Notes: generated by a model not told the origin, from the letters alone. Positions 32,267 to 42,669 are shown, counted from the first letter of the stretch. The stretch: 64,000 nt of DNA from Acidobacteriota bacterium (GCA_963666215.2 CAXWPL010000004.1:1000106-1064105); one strand, 5' to 3'. A program made the numbers and translations.

Positions 32267-33702
32267 TGTCGGAGCTGCGGCGTGCGTTGGACGCACTGCT
32301 CGCGGTCGCAGCCGATCATTCCTCGCGCCTGCGGCATCGGCCCGTCGCACCGTCGGCCGACGTCGCCGCGATTCGTCGTCGTCTCGCCGCGACATTCGAT
32401 CTCGGCTCGCCGACCAGCCCCGACGAGCTGGTCGGCGAGGTGGTGTCGCTACTGGAGGAGGAGAATCTCCACGTCACGCATCCACGCTACTTCGGCCTGT
32501 TCAATCCGAGCGTGCGCCCGATCTCGGTGGTGGCCGATGCGCTGGTGGCGCTCTACAACCCGCAGCTGGCGGCATGGAAGCACGCACCCGCTGCCAACGA
32601 GATGGAACGTCAGGTGCTGGCCGCGCTGACGCAGCGGATTGGCTTCGATCCGGCGAGCAGCGTTGCGCACTTCACGACGGGAGGCCAGGAAGCGAACAAC
32701 AGCGGTCTGCTTGGAGCCTTGGGCTGGCGGTTCCCTGAGTGGGCAACTGCGGGTGCGCGGGCGCTCGATGGTCAACCGACGATCTATCTGTCTTCGGAGG
32801 GCCACCATTCATTCTTGAAGCTGGCACACGCCACTGGGATCGGGCGCGACGCTGTTCGCCTGGTGAACGTGCGCGATGACCTGCGCCTAGACACGGCGCA
32901 CCTGGGCGAGCTGATCGAAGCCGACCGGAGTGCCGGGAAGATCCCCACGATGGTTGTGGCGACGGCGGGTACCACGGGCGCCGGGGCCATCGATGAGCTC
33001 GGGGCGATCGCCAATGTCGCGGTAGCCGAGCGCATGTGGTTGCACGTCGACGCCGCATGGGGCGGTAGCGCGCTGCTCTCCGACGAGCTGGCGCCGCATC
33101 TGGCCGGCATCGAGCGTGCGGACTCCGTGACCTGGGACGCGCACAAGTGGCTGTCGGTGCCGGTCGGCGCAGGCATGTTCTTCAGCCGTCATCCGCAGGT
33201 CATCGACGCGGCCTTCTCGGTGGACGCGCGCAGCTACGTTCCTGCTGGTGTCGCCGAAGCACGCGACCCGTACGTCACCAGCATGCAGTGGAGCCGGCGC
33301 TTCATCGGCCTCAAGCTGTTCATGGCGATTGCCGAGCTGGGAATGGGCGGCTACGGCGAGCAGGTCGCCGCGCAGGCGCGCATCGCCGATCAGCTGCGGC
33401 AACTGCTTCGCGATCGCGGCTGGCGCATCGTCAACAGCACACCGCTGCCGCTGGTGTGCTTCACGCATCCTGCGATCGGGGGAGCCGGCGCCGGCAAGAT
33501 GACCGCCCTCGACGTTGTGGAGGCGGTCGAGCGCACCGGCACGGCTTGGTTCTCGACCGTGGCGATTCCGATGCTCTCGGATCGGCCTGACGGAGGCACG
33601 GCGATTCGCGCCTGCATCACCAGCTACCACACGACCCACGACGACCTGCGCGTATCGGTTGACGCGCTTGACGCTGCGGTCGACGCGCTCGGCGCAGCCT
33701 AG
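32266..33702 (+). CDS. PLP-dependent group II amino acid decarboxylase
   Basis: HPRYFG, TTGG, ATAGTT, WLHVDAAWGG, SVTWDAHKW (PLP lysine), QWSRR. Confidence 0.93.
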   Translation: MSELRRALDALLAVAADHSSRLRHRPVAPSADVAAIRRRLAATFDLGSPTSPDELVGEVVSLLEEENLHVTHPRYFGLFNPSVRPISVVADALVALYNPQLAAWKHAPAANEMERQVLAALTQRIGFDPASSVAHFTTGGQEANNSGLLGALGWRFPEWATAGARALDGQPTIYLSSEGHHSFLKLAHATGIGRDAVRLVNVRDDLRLDTAHLGELIEADRSAGKIPTMVVATAGTTGAGAIDELGAIANVAVAERMWLHVDAAWGGSALLSDELAPHLAGIERADSVTWDAHKWLSVPVGAGMFFSRHPQVIDAAFSVDARSYVPAGVAEARDPYVTSMQWSRRFIGLKLFMAIAELGMGGYGEQVAAQARIADQLRQLLRDRGWRIVNSTPLPLVCFTHPAIGGAGAGKMTALDVVEAVERTGTAWFSTVAIPMLSDRPDGGTAIRACITSYHTTHDDLRVSVDALDAAVDALGAA

Positions 33703-33746
33703 CCGGCTGGCAAGAACCGCAGTCGACGGATGGCGCTTGATGTGAC

Positions 33747-33780
33747 CAACAATGTTGGTTGGCTGTTGCCGACATTGTTG
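33747..33780. promoter_or_regulatory. Intergenic inverted repeat (operator or hairpin)
   Basis: CAACAATGTTGG / CCGACATTGTTG, 11 of 12 complementary, 10-nt loop. Confidence 0.45.
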
Positions 33781-33802
33781 ATTGTACGATCTCACGCGGA
33801 CG

Positions 33803-34765
33803 ATGCTCGAAACTGCAACGCGGCGACGAACCCCCATGCTCTGGGCGATTACCAGCTACTTCAATCCGGCCAGCTACGAGAGCCGTAACCTCAACTACCG
33901 CATCTTTCGAGAACGTCTCAGCGTGCCTCTCATCGCCGTTGAGCTTGCCCGCGATCCGTCGAGGTTCGAGCTGCGCCCCGGCGACGCCGATGTGCTCGTA
34001 CAGATTGTGGGCGAGGACCGGCTGTGGCAGAAGGAGCGCCTGCTGAACGTCGCGCTCGATTCTCTTCCACAGAGCTGTGAGTTCGTCGCGTGGATCGACT
34101 GCGACGTTATCTTCGAGGATGGAAGGTGGGCGGAGCGCGCCTGCGAATCTCTTCGGGCTCTCCCGCTCGTCCAGCTCTTCGAGCGCTTCCGCGAGCTGCG
34201 ACCCTCTTCGAGTGATCCGAGTGATCCGCGTGAACCCGTTGGCGACGGGTTTTCGCTCGCAGCACGTCTGCAAGCAGTGCTCGGCGACGCCCGGTATCTC
34301 CTGAACCGCAGGGATGGCGATGAGCCTCGACGCGACGCCACGGTTGGCTTCGCGTGGGCCGCACCCCGCGAGATCCTCGATCGCCACGGCTTCTACGACG
34401 CGTGCATTCTCGGCGGAGGCGACAAGGCAATGGTCTCGGCCGCGTTCGGAGACTTCCAGAGCCCCCTTGCGATTCGCAGTAACGAGCTCGCCGGCGACCA
34501 CTACCTGTCCTGGGCCCGCGGGCTTTTCGACGCCGTGCGCGGCAAGATCGGCTATGTGCCGGGCACGCTGCTCCACCTCTGGCACGGAAGATCGCTCGAT
34601 CGCGGCTACTATCGGCGATACGCCGACTTTCAAAGGTTCGGCTTCGATCCCAACGTCCATATCGAGCTCGATCCGCGCGGGGGGTGGCGCTGGGCGTCGC
34701 CGCCGGCTGGCATGCGCGAGTACGTGCGCGACTACTTCGAGTCCCGACAAGAGGACCGACCCTAG
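33803..34765 (+). CDS. Hypothetical GT-A fold glycosyltransferase-like protein
   Basis: ITSYFNP, LWQKERLLNVAL, AWIDCD (DxD), GFAWAA, GGGD, HLWHG. Confidence 0.7.
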   Translation: MLETATRRRTPMLWAITSYFNPASYESRNLNYRIFRERLSVPLIAVELARDPSRFELRPGDADVLVQIVGEDRLWQKERLLNVALDSLPQSCEFVAWIDCDVIFEDGRWAERACESLRALPLVQLFERFRELRPSSSDPSDPREPVGDGFSLAARLQAVLGDARYLLNRRDGDEPRRDATVGFAWAAPREILDRHGFYDACILGGGDKAMVSAAFGDFQSPLAIRSNELAGDHYLSWARGLFDAVRGKIGYVPGTLLHLWHGRSLDRGYYRRYADFQRFGFDPNVHIELDPRGGWRWASPPAGMREYVRDYFESRQEDRP

Positions 34766-34804
34766 CAAGCGAGGGGTTACCTGGGAACTGCTCTTGCGGT
34801 TTCA

Positions 34805-34856
34805 GTCATAAGTGTCTACATTCAATACTCTGTATTTATTCAATACGATAGATACG
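34805..34856 (+). promoter_or_regulatory. AT-rich promoter/operator region upstream of padR
   Basis: AT island with two direct copies of ATTCAATAC. Confidence 0.45.
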
Positions 34857-34888
34857 TCCAGGACCCCGCCGCAAGAGGTCGATTTCCA

Positions 34889-35233
34889 ATGCCGCGACAA
34901 GAGAAGCGTTCGATCGGCGAGTTCGAGCAGGTTGTTCTGCTGGCGATCCTGCAGCGCCGCGCGAGCGCCTACGCACCCGATGTGGCCGCGATGCTCGAGG
35001 CGAGCACCGGCCGCACGATCTCGCGCGGCGCGCTCTACAGCGCCCTGGACCGCCTCGAGCGCAAGAAGATGGTGCGGTGGAGCACCGAGGCAGCCACCTC
35101 TGAGCGCGGTGGCCACCCGAAGCGACTCTTCGAGGTTACCGACGACGGGATCAAGGCGCTCAAGGCCTCACGCAACGCGCTGCTCACGCTCTGGAACGGT
35201 CTCGAAGAGCTGCTCACGGACGAGCCTCGATGA
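34889..35233 (+). CDS. PadR family transcriptional regulator (partner gene absent)
   Basis: IGEFEQVVLLAIL, SRGALYSALDRLERK, RGGHPKRLFEVT. Confidence 0.92.
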   Translation: MPRQEKRSIGEFEQVVLLAILQRRASAYAPDVAAMLEASTGRTISRGALYSALDRLERKKMVRWSTEAATSERGGHPKRLFEVTDDGIKALKASRNALLTLWNGLEELLTDEPR

Positions 35234-35485
35234 GCGCCGGGCTGCCATGGCGATCGTGAGCAGCACACGACGGTGGGTCCGCCGCGGACGAGGTTGGGGA
35301 CTCGGTGGCTTGGACAGCGCGGGTCACCGTCTCATTCCACGGCGCCGGCCTTTTTTCCCCACCGTGCTGCGGCCGAGGTGTACGGCGCAGCCGCTGGCGG
35401 GACGACGGGAATGAGATCGGGTCGTCGCTTGTCCAAGCCTGCGAGTCGGTCGATTTCCGGCGGGCTGTCAAACCAGGGGGTCACG

Positions 35486-36589
35486 ATGTCCCCCTCGCTC
35501 AACAGCGTTCTAGCTGCAGTGCTCACCGCCGCGGCCCTCGGCGTTGTCGGAACGGACGGCTTCGGCGCGGACGCACAGGAAACCGTGGTCGCAGACGCCG
35601 TGATTCCCTGTCCGACGACGTCGTTTGTTCAGATCGACCCCGATCCGACGAATGCGGCCTACGCCGACCCGTTCGTGCAAGCGTCGTGCACCACCGACGA
35701 GCTGGTGATCCGTAGCAATGGCATTCCCGGGTACGAGTTCCAGCAGATCACTCCCAACGACCTCGCTGCCCAGGATTGGGAGTGGCACCTGCCCCGCCAT
35801 CCGGCTCTTGCGGAAGAGACCACCGAGATACCGCTGCTCGGAGAGGTTGCCGTGGCGGTCAACGGCATCCCGATCTACGGTCCGAACGAGGGCCCGTTCC
35901 CCGACCCCTTCGGCGATCCCGTCTACAACGCGATCGTCGACTGGTGCCTGGGCCATACCGCGCAGCGAGGCGACTACCACTACCACGCGCTGTTGGTGTC
36001 GTGTCTGAGTGCCGGCGCCGTCGAGGGCGAGCCCTCTCCCGTCATCGCGTACTCGCTGGACGGCTTCCCAATTTACGGACCCTACGGTTGCCTCGACGGG
36101 GACTGCAGCCAGGTTGCGAAGTACCGTAGCGGATGGCAGCAAATCGGCGATCCGACGACCTATGCCTGGGAGGCTCACAGTTACCAGGCCAGCAGCAACG
36201 TTCGAGTTCTCGATCGTTGCAACGGGCACGTCGGTCCCGAGGGCGATTACCACTATCACGCGACTGACAGCTTTCCCTACATTCTCGGCTGCTACCACGG
36301 CGCCGACGTCTCGGGCTCGGTGCCGCCCACGAGGCTGCGGGCGCAACGGCGCACCAACGGTCGTGTACGGCTACGGTGGCAGGACAACGCCGATGATGAA
36401 GATGGCTATCAGGTTGACGTGGCTCCCGAGGACGGCGCCTTCGGCCGTGTAGCGGAGACGCTGGCGAATCGCCTCTGGTTCACGGTGCGGGGCCTCGAGG
36501 CCGGCACACGTTACAGCTTTCGTGTTCGCGCGCGCTCGGCGGCGGGTGTGTCCAATCCCACCAAGATGGTCAGTCGGGTCGCGAAATGA
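35486..36589 (+). CDS. Secreted YHYH-domain protein with C-terminal fibronectin type III domain
   Basis: SNGIP, VAVNGIPIYGP, two DYHYH motifs, DGFPIYGP; WQDNADDEDGY...YSFRVRA. Confidence 0.9.
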   Translation: MSPSLNSVLAAVLTAAALGVVGTDGFGADAQETVVADAVIPCPTTSFVQIDPDPTNAAYADPFVQASCTTDELVIRSNGIPGYEFQQITPNDLAAQDWEWHLPRHPALAEETTEIPLLGEVAVAVNGIPIYGPNEGPFPDPFGDPVYNAIVDWCLGHTAQRGDYHYHALLVSCLSAGAVEGEPSPVIAYSLDGFPIYGPYGCLDGDCSQVAKYRSGWQQIGDPTTYAWEAHSYQASSNVRVLDRCNGHVGPEGDYHYHATDSFPYILGCYHGADVSGSVPPTRLRAQRRTNGRVRLRWQDNADDEDGYQVDVAPEDGAFGRVAETLANRLWFTVRGLEAGTRYSFRVRARSAAGVSNPTKMVSRVAK

Positions 36590-37830
36590 GCTTTCCCAGG
36601 CGGTCCCCTGATGTCTCGGCCGCTGGCCTGGTCGCCACGACGGCCGGCCGGCCAGTGGCCCTGGCATTGATGACCGGCTTCCTTCTGGTCGGGATGAACT
36701 GTGGTACCGCTCCGGTCGGCACGATTCACTACCGATTGCTGTGGGACGAGTCTCGCATCATGGCCTCGCCGAACACTGGGACAAACACGACGACCAACGC
36801 CGGGCCGATCGCCGGGCCGAGCGTTGGCTGGTCGGTCATCACCGACCTCGGGTACGAGGTCCGCGTGGACCGAGGATGGCTGGTGAGCAGCGGCCTGACG
36901 TTGGTTCCCTGTGGCGACGACGTTGGCTGGGCAGGCGCCGGCAACTTCGGTGTTGGCACCGCCTACGCGGGTCACTCGGGGGAGGTCGATCTCTCGGGGA
37001 TTACGTCGCCGATCGTCGAGTCCCTCACGGAGCCCGCTGTTGTCGAGTGGCGCTCGTCGAAGATCCCGTCAACCCGTTACTGCCAGCTTCACTACTTGCT
37101 GGCGCGCAGTGACGAGCGCGCCGTTGCCGATGCTGCCCAAGTGGACATGCGAGGTTTCACGCTCTGGATCGACGCCGCCTACAGAGCACCGGGATCGGCG
37201 CGAGAGCACCCGCTGAGCGTGCGCATAGCGTCGGCGCACGGCGGCTTGAGCGGCCTTGGCCAGGTCCGGCTCGCTAGCCGCGTAGCTGTAGGGATGCGCA
37301 CCGAGACGTTGCCCGAGCGCCATCGCTGGTGGCGGATCGCGGCTCGTGCGTGGCAGGACCCGTTGGATCCGAGCTTCGCTTCGCGGCTCGGTGGTCGATG
37401 GAATCGGCCGAACAGCTTCCTGACGCTGTGCCTCAACGAGGACGCGTTGACGGCCTGCATCAACCTGCGATTGTTCATTGCCGACTGGCCCTACGAACCC
37501 GAGGATCTGCGCGACGGTCAGGGCCCGGTTCTGGTTGGTGCCACCTTGCCCCGGAGCCAAACGGTGGCAGACGTGCACACAGCGCGAGGAATTGCCGCTG
37601 TTGGCCTCCCGGCCTCCTATCCAGAAAACGATCGCGGCGAGCTGGTGCCGCAGCCCATCTGTCAGGCTATCGGCGAGCAAGCGAAGCAGCGAGATTTGCG
37701 CGGCGTGCGTTGCCGGTCGGCTCGCGCGCCGAATGGCGCTGGCCGCGAGCTGGCGTGGTTCCCGGCGACCGTCCGAAGTCGGGCCCGGCAGGTCGACACG
37801 CTTCTGTTCGAAAAGTGGTTCTGGGCCTGA
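36586..37830 (+). CDS. Chimeric ORF: uncharacterised lipoprotein-like N-terminal half joined in frame to a RES domain (internal ATG at 37294)
   Basis: ATGA-coupled to the YHYH gene; C-terminal WWRIA...GGRWN...CQAIG...GVRCRSAR...ELAWF. Confidence 0.65.
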   Translation: MSFPRRSPDVSAAGLVATTAGRPVALALMTGFLLVGMNCGTAPVGTIHYRLLWDESRIMASPNTGTNTTTNAGPIAGPSVGWSVITDLGYEVRVDRGWLVSSGLTLVPCGDDVGWAGAGNFGVGTAYAGHSGEVDLSGITSPIVESLTEPAVVEWRSSKIPSTRYCQLHYLLARSDERAVADAAQVDMRGFTLWIDAAYRAPGSAREHPLSVRIASAHGGLSGLGQVRLASRVAVGMRTETLPERHRWWRIAARAWQDPLDPSFASRLGGRWNRPNSFLTLCLNEDALTACINLRLFIADWPYEPEDLRDGQGPVLVGATLPRSQTVADVHTARGIAAVGLPASYPENDRGELVPQPICQAIGEQAKQRDLRGVRCRSARAPNGAGRELAWFPATVRSRARQVDTLLFEKWFWA

Positions 37831-37944
37831 CCACGTCGGCGCCCACGCTCGCTCATCGAAAAGAGCCGCTGTGCGGCGCGGCTACGCCGGTGAAGCCGGT
37901 GGCGGCGACTCCCCGGAACCCTCAGCTTCGAGGTCGATCAGTCG

Positions 37945-38280
37945 TCAGTCGCCGAGGTCGTCGAGCGGGTCCCAGCGGTAGCGCGACATGCTCAGCCGCC
38001 GAGCCTCGCCGAACCGCACGCCCTCGGCCTCGAGTCGGGCCTGCTGGCGGCCGGGCTCGCTGCCGGCGGCGCTGTCGGTGGAGCAGCCGCCCTGAGCGTT
38101 GACAACGCGGTGCCAGGGAAGGTCTTCGGGGCAGTCACGCAGTGCCCAGCCGACCGTGCGCGGTGTGACGGGTCGGGAAAGCATCTCGGCGATCTGTCCG
38201 TAGTTCATGACCTTGCCGGGCGGGATCATGCGAACGATCTCGTGCACCTCGTCCCAGAGGTTCGGCTTGATCTTGTTCAC
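37945..38280 (-). CDS. Alkyltransferase-like (ATL, MGMT family) protein
   Basis: IPPGKVMNYGQIA, RTVGWAL, PWHRV (Trp in place of catalytic Cys), QARLEAEGV. Confidence 0.9.
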   Translation of the reverse strand: MNKIKPNLWDEVHEIVRMIPPGKVMNYGQIAEMLSRPVTPRTVGWALRDCPEDLPWHRVVNAQGGCSTDSAAGSEPGRQQARLEAEGVRFGEARRLSMSRYRWDPLDDLGD

Positions 38281-38288
38281 TCGGCGAG

Positions 38289-41200
38289 CTACTTGTCGGC
38301 CTTGAGCGTGGACAGCAACGGCACGCGGGCCGCTGCTGCGACGGCCGCGACGCTGGCGAGCAGTCCCACCACGAGCACCGCGGCGAAAGTCACGGCCAGC
38401 GAACGCCAGGGCATGGGCAGCACGCCGGCCAGGTAGCGTGGCATTGTGGCCAGCAGCGCCGAAAGGCTGCCAACTGCGAGGCCGGCGAGGAGCAGGAAGG
38501 CGTTTTCGGTCAACACAACGCGGCTCAAGAACGCCCGCCTGAAGCCGAATGCGCGCAGCGTGGCAAGCTCGCCACGACGCTCGATGACGCTGCGAACCAG
38601 CACCACCGCCATGCCAACGGTGCCAAGCAGCAGCCCGAGGCCACCGAGAAGCTGGAACGTCGCCAGGTAGGTGTTCTGTACGGAGAGAAAGTCGGCGATG
38701 CGCTGAGAGCTCGATGTGGCATCGAAGCCGAAAGGCGACAAGGTGTCTTCGAGGAGCGTGGCGACCTCGGCGGCGCGTTCCTGGGGCGCGTCGATCAGAA
38801 AATAGGAGAAGCCCGCTTGGCTCGGAAAATGCGCCAGCAGGTTCGACTCCGATACCAACACCTCGCTGCGGAAGATGCTCTCGGCCAGCAGCGCCACGAG
38901 GCGCAGCCGCACGGTGCCACCCTTCTCGTCGTCGAGCTCGATCTCATCGCCCAGGCCCAGATGCAGAATCCATTGCGCCGAGTTGGCGTCGGCGATGGCG
39001 GGGATGACGTTGTCGCCGAGGTCGGCATGGAGCAGCAGCCAGGGGTTCTCGGCGGGGTCTACAACAGCAGCGCTCGCGCCCGCTCCGCCGGTCGCTGCCT
39101 CGCTTGCTCTTGTTGGCGGATCCGGCACCGCCGCCGCGAGCTCCTGTACGAGGCTCCCCGCGAAGCGGAATCCACCACGCTCGATCTGATGGTCGGGTAT
39201 ACCCACTACACGCGGTCGACGCGGCTGATAGAGGTTGAGGCAACTGGCGTCGTCACCCGGCAGTACGCGCAGCGACGTAATGGCCACGCCGTCGAGCGTC
39301 GCGGCGCTCGAGCTGGGGAAGCCGAGCTCGAAGCGCGACTCCTCGCGATTGAGGTCGTGGTGCACCGCAACGTCGGTCGTTGCCAGCAGCGAGTAGCCGC
39401 CGGCGCCCGAGTCGACGGTACCGGTTTCGGCGACCGGGTCGCGCACATTGCCGGCGACAGTGACGATTACGAAGGCAGCGCAGGCCACGAGCGCCACGCT
39501 GAGCGTGCTGCGGCCGGGGTTCCAGCCGGTGTTGCGCGCCGCCATCGCGGCAGCGGCGCTGGCAAGGCTCGTTGCCTTCGAGGCCGATCTGCTGGAACGT
39601 TCCAGATTGCCGCGTCCGCCACGGCACCAGTAAACGAAACTCGCCAGCCCCGAGATCAACAACGACGCGCCGATGCCGAATGCAAGCCCCGGCGAGCTGT
39701 TGTTGCCGGTCGCCAGGCTGAACGCCAACAGCCCGAGGCCGATTAACGCGCCGCCCACAGCGGCCGGCATGGTGAACCGCGAGCGCCCGCCTACCTGCCC
39801 TGACGCTTGGCCTGCAGCCACCTCGCGGACGGAGCCGGCCAGAAGCCGAGTGGGTGGCACGCGGCCGAGGCGCCGTACCGTCAGCCAGATGGAGATGAGG
39901 ACCACGACCACCGAGATCATCCCGCCGCTCGCGAGACTCAGGGGTTCGACATGAAGGAACATCAGCGGCGTGCCGACCGCCGATTGCCAAACCGTCCGCA
40001 ACCCGAAGAGCATCAGCCGCGCGTAGGCCACGCCCGCAGCGATACCCAGGAGAGCGCCGAGGCCGGCGAGCACTGCGCCCTCGGCCAGAAGCTGGCGGCG
40101 CACCTGCCGGAGCTGGTAGCCGACGGCTGTGAGCAGCCCGATCTCGCCCGCCCGTTGCTCCACGCCGAGGCCAAACAGGAGCGCGGCGATCATCGACGCC
40201 GAAGCGATGATGAAGAAGCTGAACGAGATGAACAGAACGCGAAAGTCAGTGGCGCCCGCGGCGGCGGCGAGGCCCTCGCCCTTGACATCGGTAAGCCGAA
40301 AGCCGAATCGCACCGGCTCGAGCGTCGAGGTGATGTCGGCCCGCAGCTTCTCTTCGAAGTCCCCGAAGGTGGCCCCGACCGGCGGCGCGATCCGCACCGC
40401 GGTCGTCGAGCCATAGCGCGTGCTCCAGAGTTGCCGCCCGGCTGCCTGCGAGATGAACGCCTTCGGCGTGCCGCGATGCTCGTCCCAGTAGTCCTCATCT
40501 TGTGGTCGGACCAGGCCGAGATCGACCGGGAACGGTGGATCCCAATCGGCGATGTTCTCCACGCCCTCGATGCCCGGGTATTCGGGTGTGAGCGAGGCGT
40601 CGGCGGCCAGCCCGGCCATCTCTACGATGCCGGCCAGCCGGAAAGACGCCGACTCCGTGCGCAGCTCTTCGTCGAGGCCTACGACGTAGTAGCTCAGGCC
40701 AATGCTGGGTCCGGCCACGTCGAGGCCGAGCTCCGCGGCGGCCCAGCGATTGAGCAGGATCTCGTCGTCGCCGATCGCCGCTACCGCCTCGCCGTCGTCT
40801 CGTCGTAGATCACCGTGAGCTCCCCCTGGCGACGGGTCGATGGCCGCGATCATCGAGTAGGGCACGACGTTGCGCTCGCCGTCTGCCGATTGCCAGGTGA
40901 TCTGGTTGGCCAGATAGGCCTGCGTGCGCTGCACGGTGCCGCCGGCGGCGATGGCGGCCTGCTCGACCTGCTGGACGGTGGCGTCACGCAGCACGAACTG
41001 GGCGCTCTGGATCTCGAGTAGGCGGGCGTCGTCGACCGCTACCCGCCTCATCTGCAGCCCGAAGTCGTCGAGTGTCAGCGACCGCCGCAGAGCGGCCTCG
41101 GCGGCGGCCAGCATCTCGCTATCCGGCGGCTCGCCGGCGTCGGTCCTGGAGTCGCCCGAGTCGATCGAGCCAGGCCGCGAAATCAGCAGCGCGTTGACGT

Positions 41201-41903
41201 TGCCTGGCTGCTCGAGAGAGCGCTGCAACTGGCTCAGCGACAGGTAGGCGTTGAGAGGCAGGGCCTGGTGCGGGCTGAGGCCGAAGCGGCCGATGCCGCG
41301 ATCGGCAACCACCGCCGTGACGACGGCGCGCACACTGCCAACCAGATCCTCGACCTCCCGGCTGCCAAGAAGAGTGTCGCGCGGCACTTCGCTGCCGAGC
41401 CGGAAACGCAACAGAAGCTGATCGCCGACGCCGGCCGCGAGCTCGGCGGCGAGCGTCTGGTTGACCACGACGGAGGGGAAAACCTGACCCTGCCGGCGCA
41501 CGAAATCGAAGTCGTCGGCGCTCGGCGATTCGCCAGAGTCGAACGACGGCGATGCCGCCGACTCGGCCAACAGATCAACAAAGCGCTCGTCGATGCCGTG
41601 AACGTTGACGCTCGAGGCTCGGTTGCGCGATTCGGCGTTGGTCACGCTACCGCGCAGCAGGATCGCCGGTGTTACGTGGCCGACTGCCGCCAACGCCGAA
41701 TCGCCCGACAGCTCTTCCCGAAAAAATCTCTCGGCAACCAGAGCCAGGTCGACGCTGCCCAGCCGATCGAGCGTGAGGTCGCGCAGGCTGCCGCGCACGG
41801 AGTCGCCCACCAGCAACGCCCCCACCAGAACCGCGGTGTTGACCGCCGCGGCCAGCACCACGGCAAGGTTCACCGGCCAGTAATGCTTCAGCGCTCGGAG
41901 CAT
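38289..41903 (-). CDS. Large FtsX/MacB-like ABC transporter permease
   Basis: N-terminal TM, VEQRAGEIGLL, ERRGELATLRAFGF; two large periplasmic loops. Confidence 0.9.
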   Translation of the reverse strand: MLRALKHYWPVNLAVVLAAAVNTAVLVGALLVGDSVRGSLRDLTLDRLGSVDLALVAERFFREELSGDSALAAVGHVTPAILLRGSVTNAESRNRASSVNVHGIDERFVDLLAESAASPSFDSGESPSADDFDFVRRQGQVFPSVVVNQTLAAELAAGVGDQLLLRFRLGSEVPRDTLLGSREVEDLVGSVRAVVTAVVADRGIGRFGLSPHQALPLNAYLSLSQLQRSLEQPGNVNALLISRPGSIDSGDSRTDAGEPPDSEMLAAAEAALRRSLTLDDFGLQMRRVAVDDARLLEIQSAQFVLRDATVQQVEQAAIAAGGTVQRTQAYLANQITWQSADGERNVVPYSMIAAIDPSPGGAHGDLRRDDGEAVAAIGDDEILLNRWAAAELGLDVAGPSIGLSYYVVGLDEELRTESASFRLAGIVEMAGLAADASLTPEYPGIEGVENIADWDPPFPVDLGLVRPQDEDYWDEHRGTPKAFISQAAGRQLWSTRYGSTTAVRIAPPVGATFGDFEEKLRADITSTLEPVRFGFRLTDVKGEGLAAAAGATDFRVLFISFSFFIIASASMIAALLFGLGVEQRAGEIGLLTAVGYQLRQVRRQLLAEGAVLAGLGALLGIAAGVAYARLMLFGLRTVWQSAVGTPLMFLHVEPLSLASGGMISVVVVLISIWLTVRRLGRVPPTRLLAGSVREVAAGQASGQVGGRSRFTMPAAVGGALIGLGLLAFSLATGNNSSPGLAFGIGASLLISGLASFVYWCRGGRGNLERSSRSASKATSLASAAAAMAARNTGWNPGRSTLSVALVACAAFVIVTVAGNVRDPVAETGTVDSGAGGYSLLATTDVAVHHDLNREESRFELGFPSSSAATLDGVAITSLRVLPGDDASCLNLYQPRRPRVVGIPDHQIERGGFRFAGSLVQELAAAVPDPPTRASEAATGGAGASAAVVDPAENPWLLLHADLGDNVIPAIADANSAQWILHLGLGDEIELDDEKGGTVRLRLVALLAESIFRSEVLVSESNLLAHFPSQAGFSYFLIDAPQERAAEVATLLEDTLSPFGFDATSSSQRIADFLSVQNTYLATFQLLGGLGLLLGTVGMAVVLVRSVIERRGELATLRAFGFRRAFLSRVVLTENAFLLLAGLAVGSLSALLATMPRYLAGVLPMPWRSLAVTFAAVLVVGLLASVAAVAAAARVPLLSTLKADK

Positions 41904-42619
41904 GTTCCGTCTCGAAGCTCGAGCCGCCTCTCGAAGCGATCGGCCAGCGCCATGCTGTGGGTCACGACCATCAGCACGCTGTCGACCTCCGCGTGCAGTT
42001 TCACGATCAAGTTGGTGACCGCGTTGGCGGTGGCGGGATCGAGGTTGCCCGTCGGCTCATCGCACAGCACCACGCCAGGGGCGTTGATGAGGGCGCGGGC
42101 GATTGCGACTCGCTGTTTCTCGCCACCCGAAAGCTCGGCCGGTCGGTGATCGAGACGATGACCAAGGCCTACACGGTCGAGCAGCTCGCGGGCGCGTTCC
42201 GGCGCGGTCTGTCGATGCCGAGCGGAATCGGAGTCGACGCCCGCGCTGTCAGCGGATCTTTCTCGGACGCTTTCTGTTGCAGCGCGCGCCATTGTTGGAA
42301 TTAGCACGTTCTCGAGCACGGTGTACTGCGGCAGCAGGTGATGGTCCTGAAAGACGAAGCCGATCGTGGCGTTGCGGAAAGCGGCGAGCGCAGGCTCGGG
42401 GAGAGCGAACGGGTCAACATCGCTGAAGCGCACGGTGCCGCGGCTGGGCGGCTCGAGCGTACCGATGATGTGCAGCAGCGTGCTCTTGCCCGAGCCCGAC
42501 GGGCCGGTTACCGCCATCGCCTCGCCGCTGTCGATGCGCAAGCCGACGCCGGCGAGCACATCGACAGTGCGGTCGCCGCTGCCGAAGCTTTTCCAGAGGT
42601 TGTCGACTTCGAGGTGCAT
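41888..42619 (-). CDS. ABC transporter ATP-binding protein (LolD/MacB type)
   Basis: GPSGSGKST, GFVFQ, LSGGEKQR, CDEPTGNLD, VTH. Confidence 0.95.
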   Translation of the reverse strand: MHLEVDNLWKSFGSGDRTVDVLAGVGLRIDSGEAMAVTGPSGSGKSTLLHIIGTLEPPSRGTVRFSDVDPFALPEPALAAFRNATIGFVFQDHHLLPQYTVLENVLIPTMARAATESVRERSADSAGVDSDSARHRQTAPERARELLDRVGLGHRLDHRPAELSGGEKQRVAIARALINAPGVVLCDEPTGNLDPATANAVTNLIVKLHAEVDSVLMVVTHSMALADRFERRLELRDGTCSER

Positions 42620-42669
42620 TCTTGATGTCCCGTGCTGATTGTCCGTTCGATCGCACTCCGGCGTGTCGG

